A stretch of DNA of 64,000 nucleotides from Roseibacillus sp. (GCA_051251855.1 JBPOGI010000002.1:576001-640000), one strand, 5' to 3'; shown: positions 30,967 through 41,981, counted from the first letter of the stretch. The notes: generated by a model from the letters alone, not told the origin. Numbers and translations are program-made.

Positions 30967-31569
30967 TCACACGGGAACAACACCGCAGTCGGTGGCGAGG
31001 AAGGTCATGGGGCGATCGTGGGCTTCGCTGGGAATGTGGTGCTGAAGTTGGCAGCTGTAGCCAACACCAATGGTGGGGGTCGTGGGGATTTCCTTGAGAA
31101 ATCGATCGTAGTATCCCTTGCCTTGGCCCAGACGATTTCCTTGGAGGTCGAAGGCGAGGGCTGGCACCAATATCAGATCAAGGTCCTCTGCCGTCACTGG
31201 GGGATGGACTTGAGGGTTGGGTTCTCGAATACCAAAGGCCCCATTTTTGAGGGTTGAAGGGTTAGTGACAAGATGGAATGCCATTTCTTCCTGACTCAGA
31301 ACGACAGGATAGAAAAACTGTCGGTCTGGGAGTAAGGTGTTTAGCAGGGAGAGGTTAGGTTCGTGAGGTAAGGCTGAAAAAGTGCCGATGCGACGGGCGT
31401 TGCTAAAATGACGAGTGAGATAGTCTGCGAGCTTGTGCATCAAAGTGGCGGTATGATTTCTTTGCTCCTCTACAGTGAGGCATTCCAAGCTCGAACGTGC
31501 AATTTTTCGGAGACTCATCTTGGAGTCAGATGGGGAATTTTTCACGTTGTCACTTGGCGGGGGGGGCAT
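30967..31569 (-). CDS. 5-formyltetrahydrofolate cyclo-ligase
   Basis: FGIREP, DLILVPALAFD..GNRLGQGKGYYDRFL, P.EAHD. Alternative start at 31518. Confidence 0.92.
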   Translation of the reverse strand: MPPPPSDNVKNSPSDSKMSLRKIARSSLECLTVEEQRNHTATLMHKLADYLTRHFSNARRIGTFSALPHEPNLSLLNTLLPDRQFFYPVVLSQEEMAFHLVTNPSTLKNGAFGIREPNPQVHPPVTAEDLDLILVPALAFDLQGNRLGQGKGYYDRFLKEIPTTPTIGVGYSCQLQHHIPSEAHDRPMTFLATDCGVVPV

Positions 31570-31588
31570 AGTGCTTCACTATATATTC

Positions 31589-32161
31589 ATGACTCGCGTT
31601 CTTCGGCAAGCCCTCTTCTTTGTATCGCTGGCATTATCGTGTTTGGCAGAACCGCTGCCCGATTCTGATGCATCAACGAAGTTGAATTATGAGACCTTAG
31701 AGGTTCAGAAAAGCCTCTTTGGAGACTTCTCGATGTTACTTCAAGAGCGTGATGATTACGCGACCACTTTGACTCGTTTTGCTCTGGAAAATGCACACAA
31801 CGCCCCCGGTGACAAAGAGAACATGAGTGGGGTTCGGAGGCTGATTGCGCTGGCGCTGCATCTTTCTCCGCGTAATCGAACCGCTGTGGTTTCCAACCAC
31901 CAGTTGGGGAAGGGGCTCTTGCCAGAGCAAAAGGAGGGGGATTACTCGCGAGCGGTCTTTGCACGTTTGTTGCTCACGCGGGGTCGACTTCTGAAAAAGC
32001 AAACGGCTAAGAATGATCAGTTTGTAGGACGGTGTTTTGTAGAGTTGGCTGCAGAGTTAGATGCTAGAAACGAAGAAGCGGTCTATGACTCTGAAATTCA
32101 AAAGCTTGACGAGGAAGATGTCGATTGGTCGGTATTTGTGACGTCAGCAAAAACGGAGTAA
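31589..32161 (+). CDS. Hypothetical secreted helical protein
   Basis: Signal peptide from the ATG at 31589; upstream TTGGCG-N17-CACTAT. Confidence 0.7.
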   Translation: MTRVLRQALFFVSLALSCLAEPLPDSDASTKLNYETLEVQKSLFGDFSMLLQERDDYATTLTRFALENAHNAPGDKENMSGVRRLIALALHLSPRNRTAVVSNHQLGKGLLPEQKEGDYSRAVFARLLLTRGRLLKKQTAKNDQFVGRCFVELAAELDARNEEAVYDSEIQKLDEEDVDWSVFVTSAKTE

Positions 32162-32207
32162 AGTATCGCTGCCCCGTTTCTAATCGATAGCACCGACGGA
32201 GTGCTTG

Positions 32208-32570
32208 TTAGGACCCGGTGATTCGGAGTCCTGACCAGACCGCGAGGACTCCTGGGATGACTGAAGCGAGAATGTTGAGGAGCCCGAGGGAGGCGTCACC
32301 ACTTCTCATGAGAGAGAGGCTGTCGTTGGCGAAGGTGGAAAATGTGGTGAATCCTCCAAGAAATCCGATGATGAGGAGGGGACCGAACCAGTCGGGGACT
32401 GTCTTGCTGGCATATCCAGCGGCCACTCCGATGAGGAAGCAGCCGATGAGGTTGCAAGTGAGGATGCCCCACGGAAATTTGATTCCCCAAAGGTCAGTGA
32501 TCGCTTTGGTGAGGGCAAAGCGAGAGACGGCTCCCAAGCCCCCTCCCAGAAAGACGAGGAGAAAGTTCAC
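32208..32570 (-). CDS. crcB: Fluoride efflux channel (Fluc)
   Basis: GGGLGAVSRF, FPWGILTCNLIGC, GFLGGFTTFSTF. Confidence 0.95.
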   Translation of the reverse strand: MNFLLVFLGGGLGAVSRFALTKAITDLWGIKFPWGILTCNLIGCFLIGVAAGYASKTVPDWFGPLLIIGFLGGFTTFSTFANDSLSLMRSGDASLGLLNILASVIPGVLAVWSGLRITGS

Positions 32571-33268
32571 GGCTGGGTTGGAGGTTGGGTTGCTGCTTGG
32601 AGAGCGGCGACTTTGACGAAGTCCTTGATTCCGGGAGCGCTTTCAGCGCCTGAGGCAATATCAAGGGCTGCAGGCTTGGCGATCGTTGCAGCTTCGGCAG
32701 CGTTCTCGGGTATGATCCCTCCTGCGAGTAGAACGGGTAGTGGCGAGAGTTGGATGAATTCAGCGGCTTGATTCCAATCGATGGTTTCGCCTGTGCCGCC
32801 ATAGACTCCCGGAGCATGAGCATCGAGGAGGAGGGCGAGGGTGCCTCCGCTCTTTTGGGAGAGAGCCTGATAGTGGCCGATGACGGCTGCGAGGTTGTCA
32901 TCGGGCTTCAAGGCTAAGGAGCGAATTACGGGGACGCCGCTTGTAAGAAATTCTGCCAACTCTTCATCATCTTCGTCGCCATGCAGTTGGATGGCATCGA
33001 GTGCTCCTTTGAATACGAGCTCGGGAGCGACTTGGCGTGCATTGTTGACGAAGACACCCACACGGACGATTTTGCCCGCAAGTCCGGGCAGAAAGGTGAG
33101 GGCGTCTTCGGCGGGGCAGTAACGTTTGGACTGAGGCCAGAAGTTGATGCCAAGGGCTGAAACCTTTAGTTGGGCCAATTTTTCGGCATCGCTGGGATTA
33201 GTGACACCACATATTTTGAGAGAAGGGTCTGCTGAGGAGAGAAATGACTGAAGTCCGTCCATGCGCAA
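32567..33268 (-). CDS. trpF: Phosphoribosylanthranilate isomerase
   Basis: KICGVT, SKRY, VGVFVN, QLHGDE, GGTG, LAGG, ASGAES. Start may be the ATG at 33262. Confidence 0.93.
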   Translation of the reverse strand: MRMDGLQSFLSSADPSLKICGVTNPSDAEKLAQLKVSALGINFWPQSKRYCPAEDALTFLPGLAGKIVRVGVFVNNARQVAPELVFKGALDAIQLHGDEDDEELAEFLTSGVPVIRSLALKPDDNLAAVIGHYQALSQKSGGTLALLLDAHAPGVYGGTGETIDWNQAAEFIQLSPLPVLLAGGIIPENAAEAATIAKPAALDIASGAESAPGIKDFVKVAALQAATQPPTQP

Positions 33269-33304
33269 AGAGTGAATCCGAAGAGCGGGGAGTCACTCCT
33301 TTTT

Positions 33305-33784
33305 TCAGCTCGCTTTAAGAAAGCGAAGGTAGTCTTTCTTGCCGATCTCTTTGGAGTCGTTTTCGGCAATGAGGACGAGGTCGTTCTCTAGCTTTGAAAA
33401 GCGGAGGACGAAGTGGTCGTTGGCGGCATTGATGTGGAGAGTAGCAGGAGCGCGTCCAACACCAGGCTTGGAGTGCCAAGCAATGGGGCCATCGATGTGG
33501 CGTCCACCAAGAATAAAATTGGCGTGGCCTCCACCCCAGGCTTCGAGATTGATTCCAGCACGTCGACCGGAGGTTCCTAGAGAACTGGAGACAAGGCCGG
33601 TGGAGCGGGGGCTTAGGGCCCATGAGCCTATAATTTCGTTTTTTGAAACAGAATTGAGGAGGACGATATTAAGCTCTGTGAACTGGTGTTGAGGGGAGGA
33701 ATCCGAGGGTTTGATCTCGTTAATGTATGGGTACACCATGTAGCCAGCGACAGCGCAGGGGGTGAAAAACATGAGGAACCGCAT
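33305..33784 (-). CDS. Hypothetical membrane-anchored/secreted protein
   Basis: 159-aa ORF with hydrophobic N-terminus filling the trpF-uvrA gap. Confidence 0.6.
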   Translation of the reverse strand: MRFLMFFTPCAVAGYMVYPYINEIKPSDSSPQHQFTELNIVLLNSVSKNEIIGSWALSPRSTGLVSSSLGTSGRRAGINLEAWGGGHANFILGGRHIDGPIAWHSKPGVGRAPATLHINAANDHFVLRFSKLENDLVLIAENDSKEIGKKDYLRFLKAS

Positions 33785-33926
33785 AGTGAAAAAGAAGTAG
33801 CTGGAGAACTTTTCGCTTATTTTGTCTATTAAGACAAGGAAATATTTTGACTAACTTGATATTTCTGATGAATCGCGGACTTTGAAAAGTCTTGTGAGGG
33901 GGGCGAAATGACCTCCAAATGGCGGG

Positions 33927-36776
33927 GTGGAGATGATTCGGATTCGGGGAGCACGACAGCATAACCTGCAGGGTGTAGACGTGGATTTGCCTCGCGGAAA
34001 GCTGGTAGTGATTACGGGGCCAAGTGGCAGCGGGAAGTCGAGTTTGGCCTTCCACACTCTCTATGCAGAGGGCCAAAGGCGTTACGTAGAGAGCCTTTCG
34101 GCCTATGCTAGGCAATTCTTGGACCAATTTGAGAAGCCGGATGTGGATTCGATCGAGGGGCTGAGTCCTGCCATTGCGATCGAGCAACGGGGAGGGCGGG
34201 GGAATCCGCGGTCCACCATCGCGACTGCGACGGAGATTCATGATTATCTACGGATTCTTTTTGCTGGGGCGGGTATTCCGCATGATCCGGAAACGGGAGT
34301 GCGTCTGGAAAAAATGACTGCGGCGGAGGTGGGGAGTCGTCTGATGGCTGAGCCTGAGGGGAGTAAGGTGATTCTATTAGCGCCCTTGCCGACAGCGGCG
34401 GGGGCGGATGCGGAGGGGTTAGCAGAGGATTTACGAAGGCAAGGGTTTGTCCGTTTGCGAATGAATGGGGAGATTCGAGAGCTGGACGATGGGGTGGCCG
34501 ATTGGCCTGCTCAGATAGAATCGCTAGAGGTGGTGGTGGATCGCTTTGTAGTGAAGCCGGGGGCGGAAAGTCGGCTCGCGGATTCGGTGGAGACGGCGTT
34601 ACAAATTTGTGGGCAGGAGACACGGGCGCTGGTGATGGCGAAGGGGGCAAAGGAGTGGGATGAGCGCTCGTTTTCGACCAGTTGGCGAAATCCAGAGAAC
34701 GGTTTTGAGCTCGGCGCTTTGTCGCCTCGGCGGTTTTCATTCAATTCACATGAGGGGGCGTGTCCGCTTTGCCACGGATTGGGAAGGGAACTGTTCTGTG
34801 ATCCTGACTTGGTGGTGCCGGATAAAAAAGTGAGCTTGGCAGAGGGTGCGGTGCGGATTTGGACCTCAGGCTCGGCGAAGCGCAAGGGGTGGAACCAGCT
34901 TCATATTGAGGCGTTGGCAAAGCACTATGGAGTCGATTTGGAGCTCCCTTTCGAGAAGTTACCTCAGACGTTTGTACAGGCGCTTTTTTATGGGACAGGC
35001 GAGGAGACGATTGCGGTGGTGTGGGAAAAGGATGGTGACACGCGCAACTTTGAGAAGCCATTTGAAGGTATCTGTCGGCAAGTGGTGAGGCTTTATCGTG
35101 ATACCGAGAGTGAAGGGGTGAAGCGAACGGTGGGTCGGTTCATGACTTGGCAAAAGTGCGGAGCGTGCCAAGGGGACCGCTTGCGGCCGGAGCTATTGGC
35201 GGTGAAGCTTTTTTCGAAAGAGGATGGTGGGGGGCTGGGAATTGCGGATTTTTGTCGGCTGGATATTAAGAGCGCGAGCGAGTGGTTGGAAGAGCTAGAG
35301 CTTTCTGAGGACCGTGAGCAGGCTCTCAAGTCAGTGGCGGTCGAGATTGCGAAGCGGTTGCGATTTCTTCGGGAAGTGGGGCTGGATTACCTCACGCTAG
35401 ACCGCACGAGTGGAACCTTGAGCGGAGGGGAGTCGCAAAGGATTCGGCTGGCGACGCAATTGGGTGCAGGGCTGGCTGGCGTGCTCTATGTGCTGGATGA
35501 ACCAAGCATCGGGTTGCATCCGAGGGATAACCAGCGGCTCATTGGCGCTCTCAAGCGACTGCGTGATCTGGGAAATACGGTGGTGGTGGTGGAGCATGAT
35601 GAGGAGATGATTCGGGAGGCTGATTGGGTGGTGGATGTGGGCCCGGAAGCAGGGGTGGGGGGTGGAAAGATTCTTTTTTCTGGGACGGTGCCAGCAATGC
35701 TCAAGTCCAAGGAGTCGGTGACGGGGACTTGGTTGCGGGAAGCGGTGGCTCCCGATACTTCGCGAGTAAAAGAGACTGCCGATGAGGTGCTTCGTATTGT
35801 GGGGGCTCGGGAGAACAATCTTCAGAACATTGATGTGGTCATTCCGCTACATCAGATGGTGGCGGTTACGGGGCCGAGTGGAAGCGGAAAGTCCACGCTG
35901 GTGAACACGATTCTAAAGCGCGCGCTGTCGCGGCAGTTTCATAATGCGACTGAGGTGCCTGGAGCGCACGAAGGCATTGAAGGCATGGACTTGTTAGGAA
36001 AGGTGGTTATCGTGGATCAGAGCGCCTTGGGGAAAAGCCCTCGCTCCAATCCGGCGACCTATACCGGGGTTTTTGATGAGATGCGTAAGCTCTTTGCGAA
36101 GCTGCCGGTGTCGAAGCAGCGGGGCTATCAAGCGGGGAGGTTTTCCTTCAACGTGAAAGGTGGGCGCTGCGAGAAGTGTCAGGGTGGCGGGGCGATTAAG
36201 ATTGATATGCACTTTCTAAGCGATGTCTGGGTGCCTTGCGAGTCGTGCCATGGACGTCGATACAACCGAGAGACTTTGGAAGTGACCTTTAAGGGGAAAT
36301 CGATTGCGGATTTGTTGGCGATGCAATGTGATGAGGCGCGGGTGTTCTTTGAAAATGTGCCCAAGATTCATCGCGTGATGGAGGCGCTGTGTGATGTGGG
36401 GTTGGGATATCTGCAGTTGGGGCAAGCTGCGAATACGCTTTCGGGAGGGGAAGCGCAGCGAGTGAAATTGGCGACGGAACTCGCAAAGCCGAAAGCGCCT
36501 CATACTTTGTTTCTGTTAGATGAGCCGACGACGGGATTGCACTTTCGAGATGTGGAAGTGCTGCTCGGTGTCTTGCGACGGCTGCGGGGGGAAGGGCATT
36601 CTCTGATTGTGATCGAGCATCACCTCGATGTCATTGCTGCCGCAGACCATGTGATTGATCTGGGCCCAAGCGGTGGAAGTGAGGGCGGCCAGTTGGTGGC
36701 GGTGGGATCGCCGGAGGAAGTCGCGAAGAACAAGGGGTCGGTAACGGGGGATTTTCTCGCGCAGCGGATTTTTTAG
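33927..36776 (+). CDS. uvrA: Excinuclease ABC subunit A
   Basis: Two ABC modules (GPSGSGKS twice, LSGGE twice, DEPS/DEPT), EGQRRYVESLS, zinc-finger CxxC pairs. Confidence 0.97.
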   Translation: MEMIRIRGARQHNLQGVDVDLPRGKLVVITGPSGSGKSSLAFHTLYAEGQRRYVESLSAYARQFLDQFEKPDVDSIEGLSPAIAIEQRGGRGNPRSTIATATEIHDYLRILFAGAGIPHDPETGVRLEKMTAAEVGSRLMAEPEGSKVILLAPLPTAAGADAEGLAEDLRRQGFVRLRMNGEIRELDDGVADWPAQIESLEVVVDRFVVKPGAESRLADSVETALQICGQETRALVMAKGAKEWDERSFSTSWRNPENGFELGALSPRRFSFNSHEGACPLCHGLGRELFCDPDLVVPDKKVSLAEGAVRIWTSGSAKRKGWNQLHIEALAKHYGVDLELPFEKLPQTFVQALFYGTGEETIAVVWEKDGDTRNFEKPFEGICRQVVRLYRDTESEGVKRTVGRFMTWQKCGACQGDRLRPELLAVKLFSKEDGGGLGIADFCRLDIKSASEWLEELELSEDREQALKSVAVEIAKRLRFLREVGLDYLTLDRTSGTLSGGESQRIRLATQLGAGLAGVLYVLDEPSIGLHPRDNQRLIGALKRLRDLGNTVVVVEHDEEMIREADWVVDVGPEAGVGGGKILFSGTVPAMLKSKESVTGTWLREAVAPDTSRVKETADEVLRIVGARENNLQNIDVVIPLHQMVAVTGPSGSGKSTLVNTILKRALSRQFHNATEVPGAHEGIEGMDLLGKVVIVDQSALGKSPRSNPATYTGVFDEMRKLFAKLPVSKQRGYQAGRFSFNVKGGRCEKCQGGGAIKIDMHFLSDVWVPCESCHGRRYNRETLEVTFKGKSIADLLAMQCDEARVFFENVPKIHRVMEALCDVGLGYLQLGQAANTLSGGEAQRVKLATELAKPKAPHTLFLLDEPTTGLHFRDVEVLLGVLRRLRGEGHSLIVIEHHLDVIAAADHVIDLGPSGGSEGGQLVAVGSPEEVAKNKGSVTGDFLAQRIF

Positions 36777-36822
36777 GTGGGGAACTCCTTGAGTTTTTCC
36801 TCTCCAATAGGTAAAAAATTGC

Positions 36823-37533
36823 GTGATTCGACTGATTTATTTTTTCTCTTTCTTGTCCTTTTTAGAGGCTGCACCAAGGGTCGAATTTGAGAGTGTGCAA
36901 GGCAATACTGAGGTGACCATCTCGGAAGATTTATCGTTCACTGTTTCTCGGCCTTTGGGGTTCCAGGATGATCTCGTCGACTTTGTCTTTGTGGACGCTT
37001 ATTCGAGTTCGCAAGGTTTTGGCTCCGATGATTGTCATGTGGCTGGATTTCAAGGGGCTCAACCTCAAATCCGCATCAACGATGTCCTTGCCAGTGGACT
37101 CGTCGTGCTTTTGAGATGCCCCGAGGTTGATGTGGCAGCTACCGACGCTAAGATTTCAATTCTTCTTCCATCAGATATTTCGTTGGAGCTTGATGATGTG
37201 GTGAGCCTCTCGGCGGGCACTTATACGACTAGCTCGGAGCCGGTAGGAGGGCTTCCGTTGCCTGCCACTCCAGACCGTGAGGTGGAAACGGCCTTCCTGG
37301 CGCTTGAGAACGATAGGGTCTCGGAGAATCTCTCTTTAGGAGGTGACGGTGTCGCTCCCATTTTTGTCTCGATTGAGTCTCTGGCGGCGCAACCTCATGT
37401 CTTGGAGGTCGAGTTTTCAGGAGTTTTGGAATCTTCTTCCGATCTGGAAGGCTGGACGGTTTTGGACCCGCAGCCTACTTCGCCTTTTCAGATAACGACG
37501 GAGGACCCCGCGAGGTTCTTCCGAGTGAGATGA
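36823..37533 (+). CDS. Hypothetical secreted acidic protein with shared C-terminal domain
   Basis: Signal peptide; ends ...LESSSDLEGWTVL...PARFFRVR. Confidence 0.7.
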   Translation: MIRLIYFFSFLSFLEAAPRVEFESVQGNTEVTISEDLSFTVSRPLGFQDDLVDFVFVDAYSSSQGFGSDDCHVAGFQGAQPQIRINDVLASGLVVLLRCPEVDVAATDAKISILLPSDISLELDDVVSLSAGTYTTSSEPVGGLPLPATPDREVETAFLALENDRVSENLSLGGDGVAPIFVSIESLAAQPHVLEVEFSGVLESSSDLEGWTVLDPQPTSPFQITTEDPARFFRVR

Positions 37534-37760
37534 GGTAGTCCCGAGTTGCTTCGGAAACGGGCAGGCCTACCCTCAACGATCAGCGATGAAAGGTTGCGGC
37601 TTGAAAAGACCACGCTCCTGAGCCTGCGGTCCCTGTTCTCGATAATTCTTTGAACACAGTGCATTCGTCTGAAGTCGACCTTCCTGCGAGTTTTCATGCT
37701 GCCAACTGTGACAGCCATTGAAATTGAACAAATAGGCTGAGGGGCTCAGCTTTCGGGGAG

Positions 37761-39818
37761 ATGTTACGGTCTTTAATGACGGTGTCGGGCTTTACCTTGG
37801 TAAGCCGACTATTGGGTTTCTTACGCGATATTATGATCGCTCGCTTTTTGGGCACTGGATTGGTGGCTGATGCCTTCTTTGCTGCTTTCCGTTTTCCCAA
37901 TCTCTTTCGGCGCATTTTTGGGGAGGGAGCGTTCAATGCTGCGTTTGTGCCCTTGTTTGGAAAGAAAGTCATCGATGACCGCGAGGAGGGGATACACTTT
38001 GCGAGCAAGGCCTTTTCAATGCTGTTGCTGGTGTTGGGTGTTTTTACGCTGGTAGCGATTCCATTGATGCCGCTTTTGATGAACTTGGTAGTGCCGGGCT
38101 TTAAGGCGCGGGATGTCGATCCGAGCTTTTTTGGTAAAAAAACGGAAATTGTTCTCAGTGAGAAGCCGCAGACGATTGAGGTGGGGACGAAGGGGGCGCG
38201 GGCGATGTATCTCGAGATGGCCAAGAAGGGGGAGGTGAAGATTCACGAGATTGTTTACGAGACCGAAAAGAAGACTTTCAAGAGTCTCTTCGGCTCGAAG
38301 GGCGAGACGACGCCGGTGGTTCTGAAGGGTCCGATTTCGGTGGGTGAGGCGGAAGGGAAAACCCGAGAAACTTTGCTGGGGCCTTGGACAGTGAGCATCC
38401 CTGAGGGACTCAAGGGGGATGCTGCGAAAGAGTTTCGCAAAGATGCCGACGAGAAGCTGGCGATAGCAAAGCGGGATAATTTTGTCCTGGAGGGTTTGGC
38501 TTGGGACGGAGAAGGTTTTCAGGGGAAAGAGGGGGCAGAGGTCTTTAAATTTGGGCGTCCTTCGGGTAAAGCTGGCAAGGGGTTTGGTTGGTTCTCGGTG
38601 AAAATGTCGGGGAAGGGGTCGGTGAAGATCTTTCGCAACGACCCAGGCACTTTTGACAAGACGGTTAAGCTGACGCGCATCATGTTCATCTACTTGTTGT
38701 GCATGGCTCTAGCGGCGCATCTCAGCGGGGTTCTGAATACCTTTAATATCTTCGGAATGCCGGCTGCGGCTCCGATTATTCTGAATTTGGTTTTTCTGAT
38801 TTCGCTCGGGTTTGTGGGTTGGAGAGGTTGGCTGCCAGGTGAGACCTTGGCATGGGGAGTGGCGATTGCAGGCTTCCTCCAGCTTGGGGCTCTGTGGTGG
38901 ACGTGTTGGAAGAAGGGGGCGCCGATCAAGGTCATCCGTCCCAAGATGGACCCTGAGATGAAGAAGCTTTTTTTGCTGATGGGTCCCGGAGTGGCAGCGG
39001 CGAGTGTGCAGCAGATTAACCTCTTGATTGGTGGCGTCATTGCTTCCTTCCAGCCAGGAGCGGTTTCCTTTCTATACTACTCGGATCGCGTCTATCAGTT
39101 GCCTCTCGGTATGATTGGTATTGCGCTGGGAGTGGTTCTGTTGCCGGAGGTGACGCGCCAGTTGCGTGGTGGGATGGAGCGACAAGCAGGCAAGACCATC
39201 ACCCGTGGTATCGAACTCGGAATGCTCCTCACCTTGCCCGCTGCTGTGGCGATGATGGTGGTGCCGACGGAGTTGATTGCGGGTCTCTTTCAGCGTGGTG
39301 AATTCGTGCGTGCTGATGCGATTCAAACGGGTAAGGCGCTCGCGGCCTTTGGAATTGGCTTACCCGGCTATGTCCTTATTAAAGTTCTTCAACCTGGTTA
39401 CTTCGCGAAAGGAGACACCAAGAATCCAATGCGAATGGCGATTATTATGGTGTCTGTGAACATTGTGGTGAGCCTTCTCCTCTTTCCTTGGCTTGGTCAC
39501 GTCGGTCTTGCAATTGCGACTTCGGTGGCGGCTTGGGTGAACGTCTTTATGCTTTGGAAAGGCCTGAATGGGTTCGTGACTATGAGTGAAGGCACGGTCT
39601 TCAAGTTGGGTCGCATGGTGTTGGCCAGTGTCCTGATGGGAGTGGTGCTCTTCTTCGCAGCGAAGGGGTTGGCTCCTTGGTTCGAGGCGGGTGCGTTTCA
39701 GCGAATCGTAGCAATGGTCATTCTGGTTGGGACAGGGGCTTCGGCCTTTGGAGCGCTGGCGATTTTCCTACGTGCGACCAGTGTGACTGATTTGAAGGCT
39801 GGATTTGGCCGTTCGTAA
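37761..39818 (+). CDS. murJ: Lipid II flippase MurJ with a large soluble insertion
   Basis: SRLLGFLRD, ADAFFAAFRFPNLFRRIFGEGA, YSDRVYQLPLG; 685 aa. Confidence 0.92.
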   Translation: MLRSLMTVSGFTLVSRLLGFLRDIMIARFLGTGLVADAFFAAFRFPNLFRRIFGEGAFNAAFVPLFGKKVIDDREEGIHFASKAFSMLLLVLGVFTLVAIPLMPLLMNLVVPGFKARDVDPSFFGKKTEIVLSEKPQTIEVGTKGARAMYLEMAKKGEVKIHEIVYETEKKTFKSLFGSKGETTPVVLKGPISVGEAEGKTRETLLGPWTVSIPEGLKGDAAKEFRKDADEKLAIAKRDNFVLEGLAWDGEGFQGKEGAEVFKFGRPSGKAGKGFGWFSVKMSGKGSVKIFRNDPGTFDKTVKLTRIMFIYLLCMALAAHLSGVLNTFNIFGMPAAAPIILNLVFLISLGFVGWRGWLPGETLAWGVAIAGFLQLGALWWTCWKKGAPIKVIRPKMDPEMKKLFLLMGPGVAAASVQQINLLIGGVIASFQPGAVSFLYYSDRVYQLPLGMIGIALGVVLLPEVTRQLRGGMERQAGKTITRGIELGMLLTLPAAVAMMVVPTELIAGLFQRGEFVRADAIQTGKALAAFGIGLPGYVLIKVLQPGYFAKGDTKNPMRMAIIMVSVNIVVSLLLFPWLGHVGLAIATSVAAWVNVFMLWKGLNGFVTMSEGTVFKLGRMVLASVLMGVVLFFAAKGLAPWFEAGAFQRIVAMVILVGTGASAFGALAIFLRATSVTDLKAGFGRS

Positions 39819-40024
39819 GCGAAGGCTTGAGTTAGGAAGGAAATTTTTGAGCTTTCCACACTCGGAGACTAGGGAGGAGGTATGTTTTTGGCAGGAAGAT
39901 CACTGAAATCATCCTTTAAGAATGGTTTCTTATGGTCGTTTTCCGCTTTTTGACCGCCTTAAGTCCTAAGGCGGTGTTGACGGTGGGGACCATGTTCGGT
40001 AAGTCGCGTGCGTTGGCGGACTAA

Positions 40025-41068
<1,044 letters not shown>

Positions 41069-41095
41069 GAGTTTCGAGTAGACAGATTTTTCAAG

Positions 41096-41126
41096 AACGG
41101 CGCGAGGTGACTCGCGTCGTTTTTTT
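41096..41126 (+). terminator. Intrinsic terminator after gap
   Basis: AACGGCGCGAG-gtga-CTCGCGTCGTTTTTTT. Confidence 0.88.
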
Positions 41127-41213
41127 GTGGGATTATGGCTCCTCAGGCCTTAGCTGGGTAAAGAATTTCATTTTTATCGAAATCTTTCACCCGCTTGCTA
41201 TGAACCAGGAGGA

Positions 41214-41927
41214 ATGACTTCTGAAGTGGAAGGGAACTTTCCACCTACCCGGTGGAGCTTGGTGTCGTCAAACGCTGATCAAGAGAATGAGGAGATCCTC
41301 TGTCAGCTGTATTGGCGGCCTATCTTCGTTCACCTCCGGCAGCGCGCTTGGTCACGGGAAGATGCCGAGGACCTTACCCAATCGTTTTTTCTCCGCCTGA
41401 CCTCTGATCACACATTTTTCAATGCGGATCAGAAAAAGGGCAAGTTGCGCACTTTTTTGCTGGGAGCACTCCAACGTCACTTGGCTGACCACTTGCGCTA
41501 TACCGGTCGGCAGAAACGCGGGGGCAATGCCGAACACCTTCCGCTGGCGATTTCAGATTCTGATTTTGAAGATGCCGAGCATCGCTATATCACCGCGGTT
41601 GATGATGGCGCCTCGCCCGAGGATGCCTTTGACCGAGTCTGGGCGAGGGACCTTCTGACCCGCACCCATCAACGAATCGCTAACGACTATGAGCGGGCGG
41701 GAAAGTTGTTGGAATATGAAACCCTGAAACCTGCGCTGACCGTGGAGGATTCCTTGGACACCGCAGCGGCGGGCAAGAGGCTTGGAATCAAGCAGTCCTC
41801 GGTCCGGGTCTTAGTGCATCGACTCCGGCAAAACTTCCGCGCCGCCCTCCGCGACGAGACCGCGCAAACTCTGAATTCAAGAGCCGATGTTGATAGCGAA
41901 CTCAGTCACTTGCGCGAGGTTTTCTGA
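41214..41927 (+). CDS. ECF-type RNA polymerase sigma-70 factor
   Basis: FPPTRWSLV N-terminus; sigma2 (LCQLYWRPI...DAEDLTQSFF...KGKLRTFL); QKRGG; sigma4 HTH (AGKRLGI..SSVRVLVHRLR). SD GGAGG upstream. Confidence 0.88.
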   Translation: MTSEVEGNFPPTRWSLVSSNADQENEEILCQLYWRPIFVHLRQRAWSREDAEDLTQSFFLRLTSDHTFFNADQKKGKLRTFLLGALQRHLADHLRYTGRQKRGGNAEHLPLAISDSDFEDAEHRYITAVDDGASPEDAFDRVWARDLLTRTHQRIANDYERAGKLLEYETLKPALTVEDSLDTAAAGKRLGIKQSSVRVLVHRLRQNFRAALRDETAQTLNSRADVDSELSHLREVF

Positions 41928-41933
41928 TTTTTT

Positions 41934-41962
41934 TGAAACGAATTCGGAAGGAAGGCGAAAGA
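41934..41962 (+). promoter_or_regulatory. Putative ECF promoter, copy 1 (upstream of the kinase)
   Basis: TGAAACG-N15-CGAAAGA, 19 nt before the kinase ATG. Confidence 0.6.
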
Positions 41963-41981
41963 CTAAGGAAAGAGAACTTGA

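Noticed and set aside
31570..31588. 6S RNA upstream of the 5-formyl-THF cyclo-ligase gene
   Set aside because: No room; a divergent gene starts within 20 nt.
32571..32650. Fluoride riboswitch upstream of crcB
   Set aside because: crcB overlaps the trpF stop, so there is no leader; no motif seen.
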